Assembly: GCA_973895155.1 (NCBI GenBank)
Contig: OZ316897.1
Location: forward strand, 14,321,375 to 14,385,374
Direction: 5' to 3'
Origin: Marsupella aquatica
Taxonomy: Eukaryota > Plantae > Marchantiophyta
DNA: 64,000 bases
A program made the position numbers and the translations under genes. The notes under the pieces were generated by a model, which saw nothing but the letters and a program-made list of their open reading frames with translations, was not told the DNA's origin and did not search any database. This document shows positions 35,333-47,100 of this stretch, in pieces. The stretch's first letter is position 1. Each line of letters starts with the position of its first letter.

Positions 35333-37571
35333 CTAATCTAGGTCGATTGAATCACCATCTTGTTGGTGAAGCCCAGACTCGGGATGTGTGGTGGAATCGG
35401 ACATTGGATTCATCGCTGCAGTAGCACAGAGAACCTTCGGAATTATCCCAAGGAGGGTTTGCATCTCATCACATGTTCTGTTTGTCTTGATGAGCTCTGT
35501 CAACAATGCAAGTGTCTGTTGAGAGTTAATACACCGAAGTTGATGATCATGCTCCACTTTTGCCTTCTTTGCTTCGTGCAATCTGGTGGATCTGTCCCTA
35601 TCTCTACTTTCTCGTGCTGTGTTCTCTCGCAATTCATTGGCATCTCGTGCAACAGCTTCTCTTGCCTCCCTTGCTTCTCTGGCAGCAGCTTCCCTGAACT
35701 CTTTTCGTTCCCGCATGTCCTCTAATCTCCATTTATCCTTTGCTTCGATGATCTGCTGCTTAAACACATTTTTCTCATTCAACTTCTCAAGGTAAACTTC
35801 GGCCAAATTAGGCCTGGATGTAGCTTGTGAGGGAACTGCCCTCCTTGGTGTTCCTCGTCGTGGGCCGTGTGGTGTTCCACGAGTTGACTGAGGCAAAGAT
35901 CTGGGTGTTGCCTGAGAAGCATCGGGAGATCCTGTTCCCAGTGGTGTTGGCTCAGGTCCCTCTGGTCGAAGATAACCATGCTGTGGAGACACATCTTCTG
36001 TTGATTCAGGTTCCTCTGGTCGCTCTGAAAAATCATCCACGGGCTGTCCATCAAGGCAGGATTCAGTCCTACATGGCATATTTGTAGTGACATCTGCAAT
36101 CATAAATTCGAAGTTAAATACCACAATCTCCACCCGACAGACCCTAGGCTGACCTTCTTCATCGGCCACACAGCAGAGGCAAGAATCTACGCTACCATCC
36201 GCAAATGCTGGCATCCATCAGTGACAAGGCAAAATAATTATCTACTCCATTTTCTGACCAGCTAACTACGCAGCTCAATCCGTGATGGGTTGACGGTATT
36301 CGGCTTGAACATTGAGCTTCTACATTGATGCCATGTTAGAGGACCACACCCATTCAGACTCTGGTATATATTTCAACCTCTCGAATAGACCCATTCTGAG
36401 AGGAGGAAAACATGGCTCGAGGGCCCAACGAAAAGAGATTAGCTAAGATCAAAGAAGATTGAGAGGCACGATCAAAGGGCTAGGGAGATTGTTGCAGAGG
36501 GTCTAGAGTCCGTTTGAAGACTTGTTCTAAGATCTCTGACTGATTAGACACAAAAGATCGCAGCCTCTGCAAATTCCTCTACAGCACATTTGGAGATCGT
36601 CCCTAAACAAGAATTATTTGAAGTATATAAAAAACTACGCCAGAAGGTCAAGCAAATAGACATTTCCTTACTATGCCTGAGAAGCGACTGGAACTCTGGA
36701 CATGACTTCTTCGCTGTCTAGTACATCTAACTACGCAAATATAGACGACTACTCCAATCCAGGAAAATCTGGGGGCTGCCGATGAGCTAAAACAATGTTG
36801 ATAACCTCCCTGTTACCTGATACGATAGTTCGCAAATGCCATATGAAGGGTTTCTCCTCGTCTCTTACAAACCAAGAGTTGCAGACCATAGTCGTTAAGT
36901 CAGACATTGAATTTGTTACCTGATGGCGTTGGAGCTGCGATGTGTGGAATTTCCTCAGCTTCACCACCATCATCGTCATCGGAGCCCTGATCCACAAATA
37001 TTTCGGAATGTCCAGGCAATCCAACACAACCTGTGCTAGGCGGGGACACATTCGCCCTGTGCCCATACAAGGCATGCATCCTCTCAAAATGAGGGCAGAT
37101 TTTGTCAAGTTTGGCTTCGATAGTAATCCCCGCTCTTATTTCTTCCATGGTAACCCCAAATCCTGAGTCTCGCTTCATACCTAGAGCTTCCTTGTATTTA
37201 GCGACATATCTACCAAATCGTTTACCCAGGTTGTCTCCATTTGCTACGAACGATGCAAAGCCTCTTGACTGAATCCAAACAAGCATCAGTCTAAAAACTG
37301 TTTTCTTATTTGGATGCTTGGTGGCTGCTCCCTTATCACGCACTCTGTCTCCTCCGTTCAGCATTGCAAAATTATCACCTTCCTCCAGCCATTCAACAAT
37401 CAACAATAAGTTTGCCGGTGTGAGTTTGCGCCCTTCAGAGCTCCCTGCCTGGGTTGCGGGAGTAGTCACCATGGCTGGCAATTCGTGAATGTGCACTGAT
37501 TGGGAATCCTGTGCTTCTTGACGCTCATCAAACAGAGCGCGTTGTCTTGAACCCGACTGAGGAAGCTCCAT
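35333..37571 (-). CDS. Harbinger ORF2, Myb/SANT-like DNA-binding protein with C-terminal coiled coil. Exons ~37571-36920, 36093-35333
   Basis: LLLIVEWLEEGDNF...YKEA...SGFGVT...LDKICPHFERMHALYGHRANVSPP domain, acidic linker and R/E-rich coiled coil. A phase-1 GT-AG intron joins ORFs 36900..37745 and 35333..36214. Start codon uncertain. Confidence 0.75.
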
Positions 37572-38119
37572 GTTCCTGCTATGTATCCTTGTGTTGTGTG
37601 ATTCTTCGATAAATCTTCGAGGCTGAATTCTTGATTTCAAATCAGACGCTCCTCTTAGTGCAGCCGCGGCCCGCGGGGATGTGCCACTGAGGATTGAGGA
37701 AGACGCTCCTCTCAGTGCAGCCGCGGCCGTGAGCAAGTCATTCAAACGGAACCCCTACGTGGCACTTAAACACATTTGATAAACCCAGGTTTAACCCGTG
37801 CCGGGACTCGTTTTAGGTGCGAGATAAAGTTCAGACCCCCGGTTTTTTGGGACCCGATTTTGGGTACCGGTGGTCAATATCGGGCGGCGACCAGAGACAT
37901 CCGGGTGACCGGAAGGAGTCCTGTAACGCGCAGGGTTGAGACGCCCTAATGAAGGGGAGGAAAGAGTGGAAAGGGCATTTAAAAGGAACAAAAGAAACAA
38001 ATAAATCTCAAAATAGACGAGCCCAAACGCCCGAAACAGGGGCCTACTGTACCACGTCAGAACGAAACCCTGTACAGATACAGTAGTTGGCGACTGCGTC
38101 AGAAAAGCGACTGTTCTCT

Positions 38120-38945
38120 CGAGATGCAAAGATCCCCCCGTGCTTTCGCAACAATAATTAATCGTCGACAAGAGAACAAGAAGTGGACAAGATGGAGACT
38201 ATTTCGCCACCCTGGACAAACGGATCGTCTGCCACTCTCGCTCTCGCGATGCAGTTATGCCGTTCCCCGATGCAGCTCTCTCGAGTCTCGACTGCAAGCC
38301 AAGTATGGAGAAGACTGCAGGATCTGTCGTTGCTTCTTCGACGCCCTCTCGTGCTTTCGCAACAGTAATTGATATTCGACAAGACAGCAGGAGGTGGACA
38401 AGATCGAGACCCTTCGCCCACCCTAGACAAACGGATCGTCTGCCACTCTCGCTCTCGCGTTGCAGTTATGCCGTTCCCCGATGCAGCTCTCCCAACTTCA
38501 AGCCAAGCATGGAGAACACTGCAGGATCTGTTGTTCAGTTGTTGCTACTTCGATGCCTCTCGTGCTTTCGCAACAGTAATTGATATTCGACAAAACAGCA
38601 GGAGGTGGACAAGATCGAGACCACCCTGGACAAACGGATCGTCTGCCACTCTCGCGCTCGCATGCAATGCAGCTATGCCGTTCCCCGATGCATCTCTTTC
38701 GACTGTAAAGCCAGGCATGGACAAGGCTGCTGGGTATTCGTTGGTTCGACCTTTCGTTGCTTGCTCCAAGCCCCTCATGCTTTCGCAACAATAAATTAAG
38801 CGTCGACAAAACAACAAGAAGTGGACAATATCAACACTATACGCCACCCTGGACAAACGGATCGTCTGTCAGTCTCGCTCTCGCAATGCAGTTATGCCGT
38901 TCAAAGATGGATTGCATCTCTCTCGACTGCAAGCCAGCATGGGGA
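38120..38945 (+). repeat. Tandem array, ~211-bp unit x4
   Basis: Anchor gctttcgcaaca at 38142, 38353, 38564 and 38779; shared acaaacggatcgtctg core. Confidence 0.9.
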
Positions 38946-38987
38946 CGACTGCTGATCATTGGTTCATTCAGTCGTTCGTTGCATACT

Positions 38988-39335
38988 GGAAGCCGGGAAA
39001 GGTATAAGATAATGAAGGTCTGGACATTCGCTCACTCGAAGCTGGGGTGAAGGTATAAGATAATGAAGGTCTCGTCATTCGCTCTCATTTGTTGCTTACT
39101 CGAAGCTGGGAAGGGTACAAGATAATGAAGGTCTGGTCATTCGCTCATTTGTTGCTTACTCGAAGCTGGGAAAGGTATAAGATACTGAAGGTCTGGTCAT
39201 TCGCTCAGTTGTTGCTTACTCGAAGCTGGGAAAGGTATCAGATAATGAAGGTCTGGTCCAGACCAGAAAGTGACCAGAAAGTGAAGATAAAGTGTGACCA
39301 GAAAGTGAATAGAAAGCGAAGATAAACTGACCAGC
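38988..39335 (+). repeat. 60-bp tandem repeat (~5 copies) followed by 11-bp gaccagaaagt repeats
   Basis: gata(a/c)tgaaggtctggtc at 39121, 39181 and 39241, plus two shorter copies upstream. Confidence 0.9.
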
Positions 39336-40662
39336 TTTTTTTTTAGCACTTTGAGAGCAGGGGTTCAGTCTGGAACTAAACATGATCCTGAAAATAGGTA
39401 CCCATCATGGCTTTCCTGGCAGGAGACTATGGAAATTAAATAATAGGGATCTCCAAAATTGGAACTAAACATAATTCTGAAAATAGTTAACCATCATGGC
39501 TTTTCTGGCAGGAGATTACTTACAGGTAACATTTACTCCCTACCAGATTTATGAAAACCTGAAGGGGTAGCTCCCAGAATGCTCATTTTCTAAATTTATT
39601 GTTTAATTCTGGTTGTCTCGTTTTCCGGGCTCATTTTGCTTTAGCAGAACTGCCTATGACTTAGAACAAAGCACATTCCAAAGCCATCTGGCAGTTTCAG
39701 CACTATTTAAATATTGAGTAGTTCAAAGCATTGGTGATTTAGAACAAAGCACATTTATTTGAATCCTAAGTATTCTGTGTACTTATTAGAGAAACCAAAC
39801 TCCATCATTCCTCTTCCCACACTTGCCCCCTTCACCCCCATAAACTTTAAACCCAACCCTTAATACTCACAAATAGCCCCCTGTAGTAGCCTTAGCAAAT
39901 ATTTTATTTTATCACTAATAAATCCCTATCTACACTAAGCACATGACATGTGGACCAATCAATGCATGACACATAATTCCCTTTCATAAAAATAATAACA
40001 ATAATCAACATTCAATATTACAAACTCTTTGCTTTCTTACACACAAATACACAGAATTTAATTATTGCCTTCATTAGACACATCACATTATGACTAAAAT
40101 TTAAACAAAATCGAAGAGAGGGTAGCGAAAGCCCCAGCAAAACAACGCCTCGAGGGATCCGTGCCTTAATGAGTGTACTCACCCAGATTTGGTCACCCTC
40201 AATGCAAAAAGAGTGGAGGGTAGAGACGACTGATCTTGTAAGGTGTTTGTCCTCTTTGGAATTTATTTTTCCTTCCTTTCATTGATTTATAAATTCTGAT
40301 GCGCCTTTTATATTATCTTGTGCACAACTCCTTGTCTGGGATGCATTATTTATTATTTGTTTCGGTTGGTGCCCCAGAATTCTAGAAAAAATAAAATAAA
40401 GAATGACTTGAAAGCCTCGTTCGAAGCACCAGGATTCTAGAAAATAAAAATAACATAAAGAATGACTTAAAAGCCTCGTTCGAAGCACCAGGAGCGCCTA
40501 GATTTTGGGTATAGTCATCCTCCAAACAAGGGAACGCATTATTTATCACCTAGCTCGATCAACGCATCCATTCGTTAGTCGTCTCAGCCTGAAAAAAAAA
40601 ATACCCTAGCCTGATTGCGAAGCCGAAGCACCAAAAGTGCCGACAGTAGGTTTTGTGACTGA

Positions 40663-41090
40663 TCACCGTCAAAAGTGTGATTACCCCGTTTTTCACCCAG
40701 CTCGATAAACGAATTCTTTCCCCGCAGTGTGGGATTCGAATGTGTTAGAACCCAACAAATCACCGTTAAAGTGTACGATTACATTGTTTTTCACCCAGCT
40801 CGACGAAACAAATTCGTTCCTCACAGGGTGGGATGGAAATGTATTATAACCGAGTAGCATGGGACGACTTTCACCCTCCATCTCTTTTCCCAATGGAGAA
40901 GAGCAAGTCAAGTAACGAATTCTTTCCCCGCACGGTTGGATTGGAATGTGTTATAACCCAACAAATCACCGTCAGAAATATGATTGCATTGTTCTTCACC
41001 CAGGTCGACGAACGAATTCTTTCGTCGCAGGGTGGGGATCGGAATGTGCTATAATCCAACTGCATAGGACAACTTTCACTCGCCATCCCT
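40663..41090 (+). repeat. Degenerate ~100-bp tandem repeat (about 4 copies)
   Basis: Recurring atcaccgt...ttcacccag(c/g)tcga...gaattc...gggat...aatgt. Confidence 0.7.
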
Positions 41091-43023
41091 TTCCACAAAG
41101 CAGCAGAGCGAGTCAAGAAGAGTGGAAAAGGCTGAAGGTTCTTGACCTTAAACGCCTTGTCACGATGGATTTTCGCCCATCTGCATGGATAAATTGACTC
41201 ATTCCTCCCAGCCTGGGGATTGATGGAAGGAGGCATGGGTCAACAGACTGCCAGTCTCCATCCCGTGCCCCAAGTGCCAACGCGGCTGAGCGCGTCAAGA
41301 AGACGGTGCAGTGCAGATTGCTCTGCAACTTCACTTCTTGCCTCACTGGGGTGCATTATTGCTTTTACTCTGCACGGCCAACTGTAACTCTGTTTCATCA
41401 ACACATCGTATCCCTTACTGCGAGGATGATGATCGATCATGCCTTGCCTGGAGGGGTGGTAGTACTGTGCTGTACTGTGTTTCCTGTCTGCGTGGAACAA
41501 CTGGCATTGTCATTCTCCAACGCATAGCAGCGAGTCAATCGACTCCCCTCACCTAGCACAGGGACGGACAATAACCACTTTGGATAGGCGGATGCCAATT
41601 ACAGCGGGTGGTACGTCTCTCTACTTTCGCCCGCCGTGTATTGGAAACCGACCGACGTGAGTGATGGCAAAGAGAATTCACTTGCAGTCAGCAGTGAAAG
41701 GCAACGACGTACTTGGGGGCCGACAGACTTCGTAAGGAGTGAGTCTTAACTGTTGTAGTGACCACAATATGTGTTCTGAAAATGCTCACAGGACGCATGA
41801 TCATACCAGTTCTCTAAAGAATCTCCTTAGCAGGCGAGGCAGGACAACATGCCTCGGTAGGACACCATGCCAGTTCAATTAGGCCTCCCCCAAAACTCGT
41901 GGAGCAAGTTGATTGCTGTGTACGAGTCTAATGCCAGCCTGCCGTCCGCTGAAGGTCTTTCAAACGAGCAGATTTGCGCAATTCATAGCGTGTGTTTCCA
42001 TGACGAAACCTTCCTATAACAAGATATGATAACAAGCGTCACGTGCATCCGTTGCAGCTTAGTACGAAGCAATTTGTGGACCAGACAATGAAAGAATGTA
42101 CCATGTTAACGGACGCGACAAGAAATCATAGTCATTTCAACATTGGTACACCAAGATAACAGCCAGTTAGAGAAATTCACCATCGCGGGCGAGACATTCA
42201 CAGGACCAACCGTTTAGGAAAAACGTCAAGAAATGAGACATTCACAGGACTAACCGGCAAAAACGTCATGAAATCTCGTCAAGAAGAGATCATTTCCCGG
42301 AGACATCTAGAGGCCCTGTGGGTTGCTTGAAACAAATCATCCGCTGCTCGTAAGGTTGTACAGCCATTTGGGATTAAACATGAGCATGAAGTATCACACA
42401 TCAAAGAATACAAGAGAGACATGACAAAAGTCTCAAGAATGGTCCGTCCAGAATAAAGGAACCTTGAAAGAGGATTGACCCCACCCGCTGCACTATCATA
42501 CACATTCTATCCAGTGAAATTAACCTCGTTCCACACAATACTCTTGAGTTCAGGATTTCATCTTCCGCGGCAGTTCCATTGGAAGTCGATCATCGGCATG
42601 TCATTCTCCTCGTCCTCAAGTATCGAGGAAAATGTGTCATCCTCGTGTCCCGTCCAACGCCACCTCAACATCAACTTCTATGTGCTACTTTTTTTTTCAA
42701 GTTACGAGTGTTCCCTGTCCATCCACAGCCTCTGGAATCCGGGACTGAAAAAGGTCGTGCTAATCCTCACTGCCTGCAAAACATCATGGTAGGCCCCCCA
42801 TACGTCACCTATTCCTTGTCATCGCAAGCATTTTGCCCCGACTATGCAAGAGCATGTGTGGATGAAAGGAGCTCCAGAACACATGCTCGAGTCTTCTCCA
42901 TCGACATTCGAATTGAAACGTCGCCATGCCACAGGTGATGCACATGTCGAAAACCAGACAAGGATTTCTTTTCATCTATCCCACGAAGAAAAACTGGCCC
43001 GCCGCCAAATAGGACCCCCCGCC

Positions 43024-44127
43024 TTACACATTTTCGTTTTCGAGAATTGGCTTGGTTCTTGTGCCTGCTGCTGAAGGAGCCCGACTGGCTCCAAACCAGG
43101 TATGATGCAATGGTTCTCCTTGGTCCGACTTCTGTTCCATTCCTGCGAATCTGTGTTTCTTTACGTACCATACAATTAGTATGGCAGCCAGAATTAAGAG
43201 TACAATCGCTGCAAGTCCACCCACAACTGATCCCACCACTATCTTCCAGGTGTTGCTCTTACTGTGATAAGGCGGACCCAGAAGCGAATAATCCCCTAGC
43301 ACACTCCACGAACAAAGAGATGAACCAGTGACATTCTTCACTACGCCGGTGTTTGTGCCACTGACAGTATTATTGTACGAAATGCAGACCAACTCATTGG
43401 AGGCTATGTTGCGTGAAGGTTGCAATTGAACTTGAATGGGCGTGGGACCTGCCGTAATAGTCAGCTCTGTTCCATAATTATTGGTGTAATTCCTGATGTC
43501 GTTGTAGTTGTAGACCATAATTCCAACCACAGGAGCCACAAAATCCGTCCCGTTTGTGGAGCTGTAGTAATTATACTCCTTGAACCTCCTGTAGACAAGA
43601 ACCACGGACCGAAGAGATGGGACAACTGTCGTTCCTATCGGAAGGTTGATCTCATTGATAGTTATTCCGCGTCTCTTGAGACTTCCGGTTCTCAGCCGCA
43701 CCATTCGGATGGATTCTAGCTCTACCCCGTTGTTTGTGATGTTACTTGGCAGAGACGCATTGTAAGTTATCCCAGTCTGGATTCTGCTAATGTTAAGGGC
43801 GACAAGAGAGTCGAAAGCCTGGAAAAAAATCTGTTGATTTAATGCAGTCCGATTCTTTGCAAACCCATCTAAAACCTGCGAATGAGCTGAAAGAAGAAGA
43901 CTGAGAAAGGAGAACGAGAAGAGGAGCAGCACTACACTTCTTGGCCTCCATACACGGACCGGCACTCCTACTGGTACTGGTGCAACCTCTTCTTGCCTTG
44001 TTCCTGCATGCCTCCATGCCCCTGCTGTTTGCCTACTTCGGTCCAGAAATCTGGATGAGCACTGGATGCTCATGTGACTAGAATCTATGGCACACGAAGG
44101 AACAATCAGAACGCTGGTGGCCGTCAT
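43024..44127 (-). CDS. DUF1191-family plant membrane protein (intronless)
   Basis: Hydrophobic signal-like segment, RLRTGSLKRRG, VVLVY, APVVGIMVY, a C-terminal TM helix and the tail GEPL...GASRAPSAAGTRTKPILENE typical of DUF1191. Confidence 0.85.
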   Translation of the reverse strand: MTATSVLIVPSCAIDSSHMSIQCSSRFLDRSRQTAGAWRHAGTRQEEVAPVPVGVPVRVWRPRSVVLLLFSFSFLSLLLSAHSQVLDGFAKNRTALNQQIFFQAFDSLVALNISRIQTGITYNASLPSNITNNGVELESIRMVRLRTGSLKRRGITINEINLPIGTTVVPSLRSVVLVYRRFKEYNYYSSTNGTDFVAPVVGIMVYNYNDIRNYTNNYGTELTITAGPTPIQVQLQPSRNIASNELVCISYNNTVSGTNTGVVKNVTGSSLCSWSVLGDYSLLGPPYHSKSNTWKIVVGSVVGGLAAIVLLILAAILIVWYVKKHRFAGMEQKSDQGEPLHHTWFGASRAPSAAGTRTKPILENENV

Positions 44128-47100
44128 AGAGGCCCCGACGGAACTACCCTACAAGGAAGTGGGCATGGACAGTCCTCCCTCTCCGTGGGGAGCATCACAT
44201 GATCCAAACCCTAGAAATGAGGTCCCTTCTCATCCAAATCCAAGGCCTCCCCACGCTACTCAAGTCATCCACGTTGGCATGCGCTTCCTCCATCCGAATC
44301 CTTCCTTCTTCCGAAGGAATCCTGTGCGATAACCAGAACTAGCAAGTTCTTACAATCCAAGCTTGCAACAAGGCCCCAAGACGACCCACCCTGTCTAGAA
44401 GAAATGCAGGCAACTGCCGCCACCTGGGAAGCAAGTACAATACACTAGACCACACGGGTGCCGAGATCGTTGCACACAAGAAGCCAGTGGCAAACCCAGG
44501 GATTGCTCCAAAATTCGTCGACGCTCCAACCTCCCCAACTTTGTTACCAAAGTCGAAAAAGGTGGCACGGGCAGTACAGCATCCTACGCCGTGACACCAG
44601 TCACACCCATCCCGCTGATAGCAGCTCGTGCTTTCCTTCTCTCCCAGCTCTATCTAAAACACAACCACCAACTCACACACTCACAGGAGCTCTAGTGCAG
44701 TACCTCACTGCGCTCAATGCACAACCGTGACCCCACTGTACTTCCTGCTCCAGCATGCGGCCTGCTGCATGTACTTCCGGACTCCAGCTCTACATAGAAC
44801 ATGGGTGGATCTCTGCTGAATACACTCTACCGTACTTCCACTTCCAGCTCCTCCTCTTCCTCTTCCTCCTCTAGACCAGCGGCAGCAGTGGCATCAGCAG
44901 GGACCAGTCATGACACAACAAGGCCAGAAAACAGCAAGAAGCTGTAGCAGCAGTGGTGGCGCTCTACATTTTGCATTAAAACATCCATGTAAAATAAGCT
45001 TCTGCTGCGCTGCTGGAAGCATCCGGTGCAACCTTGCGCTGTTGCGAAGGAAGAGAAGGAGGGATGGACGAGCTGGCAAACCAAGACAAAATCGTAAAGA
45101 AGTGAACGTAAAGAACTCCTCTTACAGCAGAAGCTTGGCCATGACAAGACAGGAACTGCTGCAGCTGCTGCTGCTGAAAACGGCTAAATGCATGGCACGA
45201 ACTCACGAAGGCGATCTGTGATGATGAAGAAGGAGGCGCGCTTCTAGGGCGGGAAATTCGGAAAGCGGTCTGAAAATAGACGGATCGTAAATCTAGCTCG
45301 TCGTCTCGCGGATTGATGGCGAGAGCACAGAGAGAGAGAGTAGTAGTGTCGGTCTGACGAATGCGAGGAGGAGCCACGGGTAACGAACCGGAAAGTCAAG
45401 TTCTACGTGGTGGGGACTGACGCCATCGCTGCCGAGGACTCCCGCAGTGCTCGGCTTTCCCCATACTCCAGTCCTACACCCTCCATAGCTTTTTGGCGTC
45501 CCTCCGTCCCTGGGCCCCGGCTCTCCGGCTCTCTGCTGTTCCACTACTGACCGACTACTCTCACTACTGACTACTGGCTAGCTAGGGGTCGGGACATGGG
45601 GTCGGGGTCCTCCCAGTCTCCCACACTCCCAGGTCCCCAAGATTTTATTCGGTTTTGTTTTGTTTTGTTTTGTTTTGTTGGGGGGTTATGACTGCGTGAC
45701 TGGGTCCCAAGGGTTGGATTTTAGGGCCCCATTGTTTTCATTGTTTTACGACGCTTCACATGCGAGTTGGGTCTAATAAGAGTCTTTGGAATTTTTTATT
45801 AGTGAGATTTATCAGTGTACATTGTCGTGTTTCGTGTGTTTCGTTTCAGTTTAAATAGTTCTTTGCCAGCTTTTCTCAGCATTGGTTGAGCAAAGTAACT
45901 CCGGTTAGTTTGGAGCAATTTTTCATCATTAGAGGGTCAACACCCTTGACCGTGGGGGCCCGGAGTGGGCTATCCAGGATGAGGCGGGGGAGGGAGCAAT
46001 GTAAGAGACCTAACCCAATGTTGAGGGTTTGAAAGGGTGCTGCCAATAGTGAAACCTGACCAAATATAAGCGTCAAGATTGCTTCAAGATAACTCTAGTA
46101 AGTCTACTTAACCAATAGTGGAATCAGGATGGCAACGTAATAATAAACAAAAACAAGCGGAAAAGTATGAATTTGGATAAAGAGTGGTTATCTAATAAAT
46201 CTCATTTCTTTACCAAGTGGCCGGTTCATGTTTGTTAGCTAGGCTAATCCAAAGGGGGATGGGGACATGGGGTCCTCACAGGTCCCTAAGCATTTTGTTT
46301 TGTTTTGTTTTGGAGGATTCCTCCAAAATTTAACGGATATTGTTTGTTTGACGTTGTGACTGAGTGACTGGGTCCCAACTCCCAAGGGTTAGATAAATGA
46401 GCCTATGTTCGTTACCTTGCCTTATCCATATCTCCCAAGACATTTAGGAATTTATATAAAAAATCTACAACTATAATAAGGGATCTTGCCATTTTAGTCC
46501 TTTGCCCCAATACAAAAAAGTTCTTGGGCGGGAAAGATCCTCAGCCGTTGGATTCAAATAATTGTTTTCCTTGACCAATGATGGAATAAATGTGCACCTC
46601 TAACATATATGTGCATGCAAACCAGCTGTGCAACGGTTTCCCCATTTGAAACAATTAAGTTCCCACAAAACAAGTCCCAAAGCATTTTGTTTTGTTGGGG
46701 CCCCCAAGAGTGCCAAATATCTTGTTTGCTTGGCGTTGTGACAGGGTTCCAAGGGGTCAGGTTAAAGGGCCTTGTTCCTTGTTTGTTAGCTTGCCTACTT
46801 CAAAGGTGCCAAAGCAAAATTTTTGGGTGGGTTCCTCCAAAAAGTATTTTCTTTGTTTGATTGTCTGCTTGTTGTTGGGATCTCCCACTTGGTTCTAAGG
46901 GCATACGAGTTAGATATATTCCTATTCTCAGGTCCATCACTTAAATAGTATTTTTTGTGAGATTATAAACAATTTTATTGCCATCCTACAAAGGAATAAG
47001 CATGGGGTCTTCATTTCTTTTATTCCGACTTGTCATATGTGAACAAATATATGTTTTTTAATTGGATTTAGTGAGAGACTTATAATTTTCTGTGGATGGA

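Larger units (their letters stand above)
30411..37947. mobile_element. Full-length PIF/Harbinger-superfamily (PHIS) DNA transposon, 7,537 bp
   Basis: 12-bp TIRs AGGGCGTCTCAA (30411-30422) / TTGAGACGCCCT (37936-37947). 3-bp TSD AAT at 30408-30410 and 37948-37950. Encodes a transposase and a convergent Myb-like ORF2. Subterminal GGTCACCCGG-like motifs occur at both ends. Confidence 0.92.

Noticed and set aside
40660-41560. Repeat-protein pseudogene on the minus strand
   Set aside because: Repeat units do not keep a common frame and match no motif I recognise; kept only as a DNA repeat.
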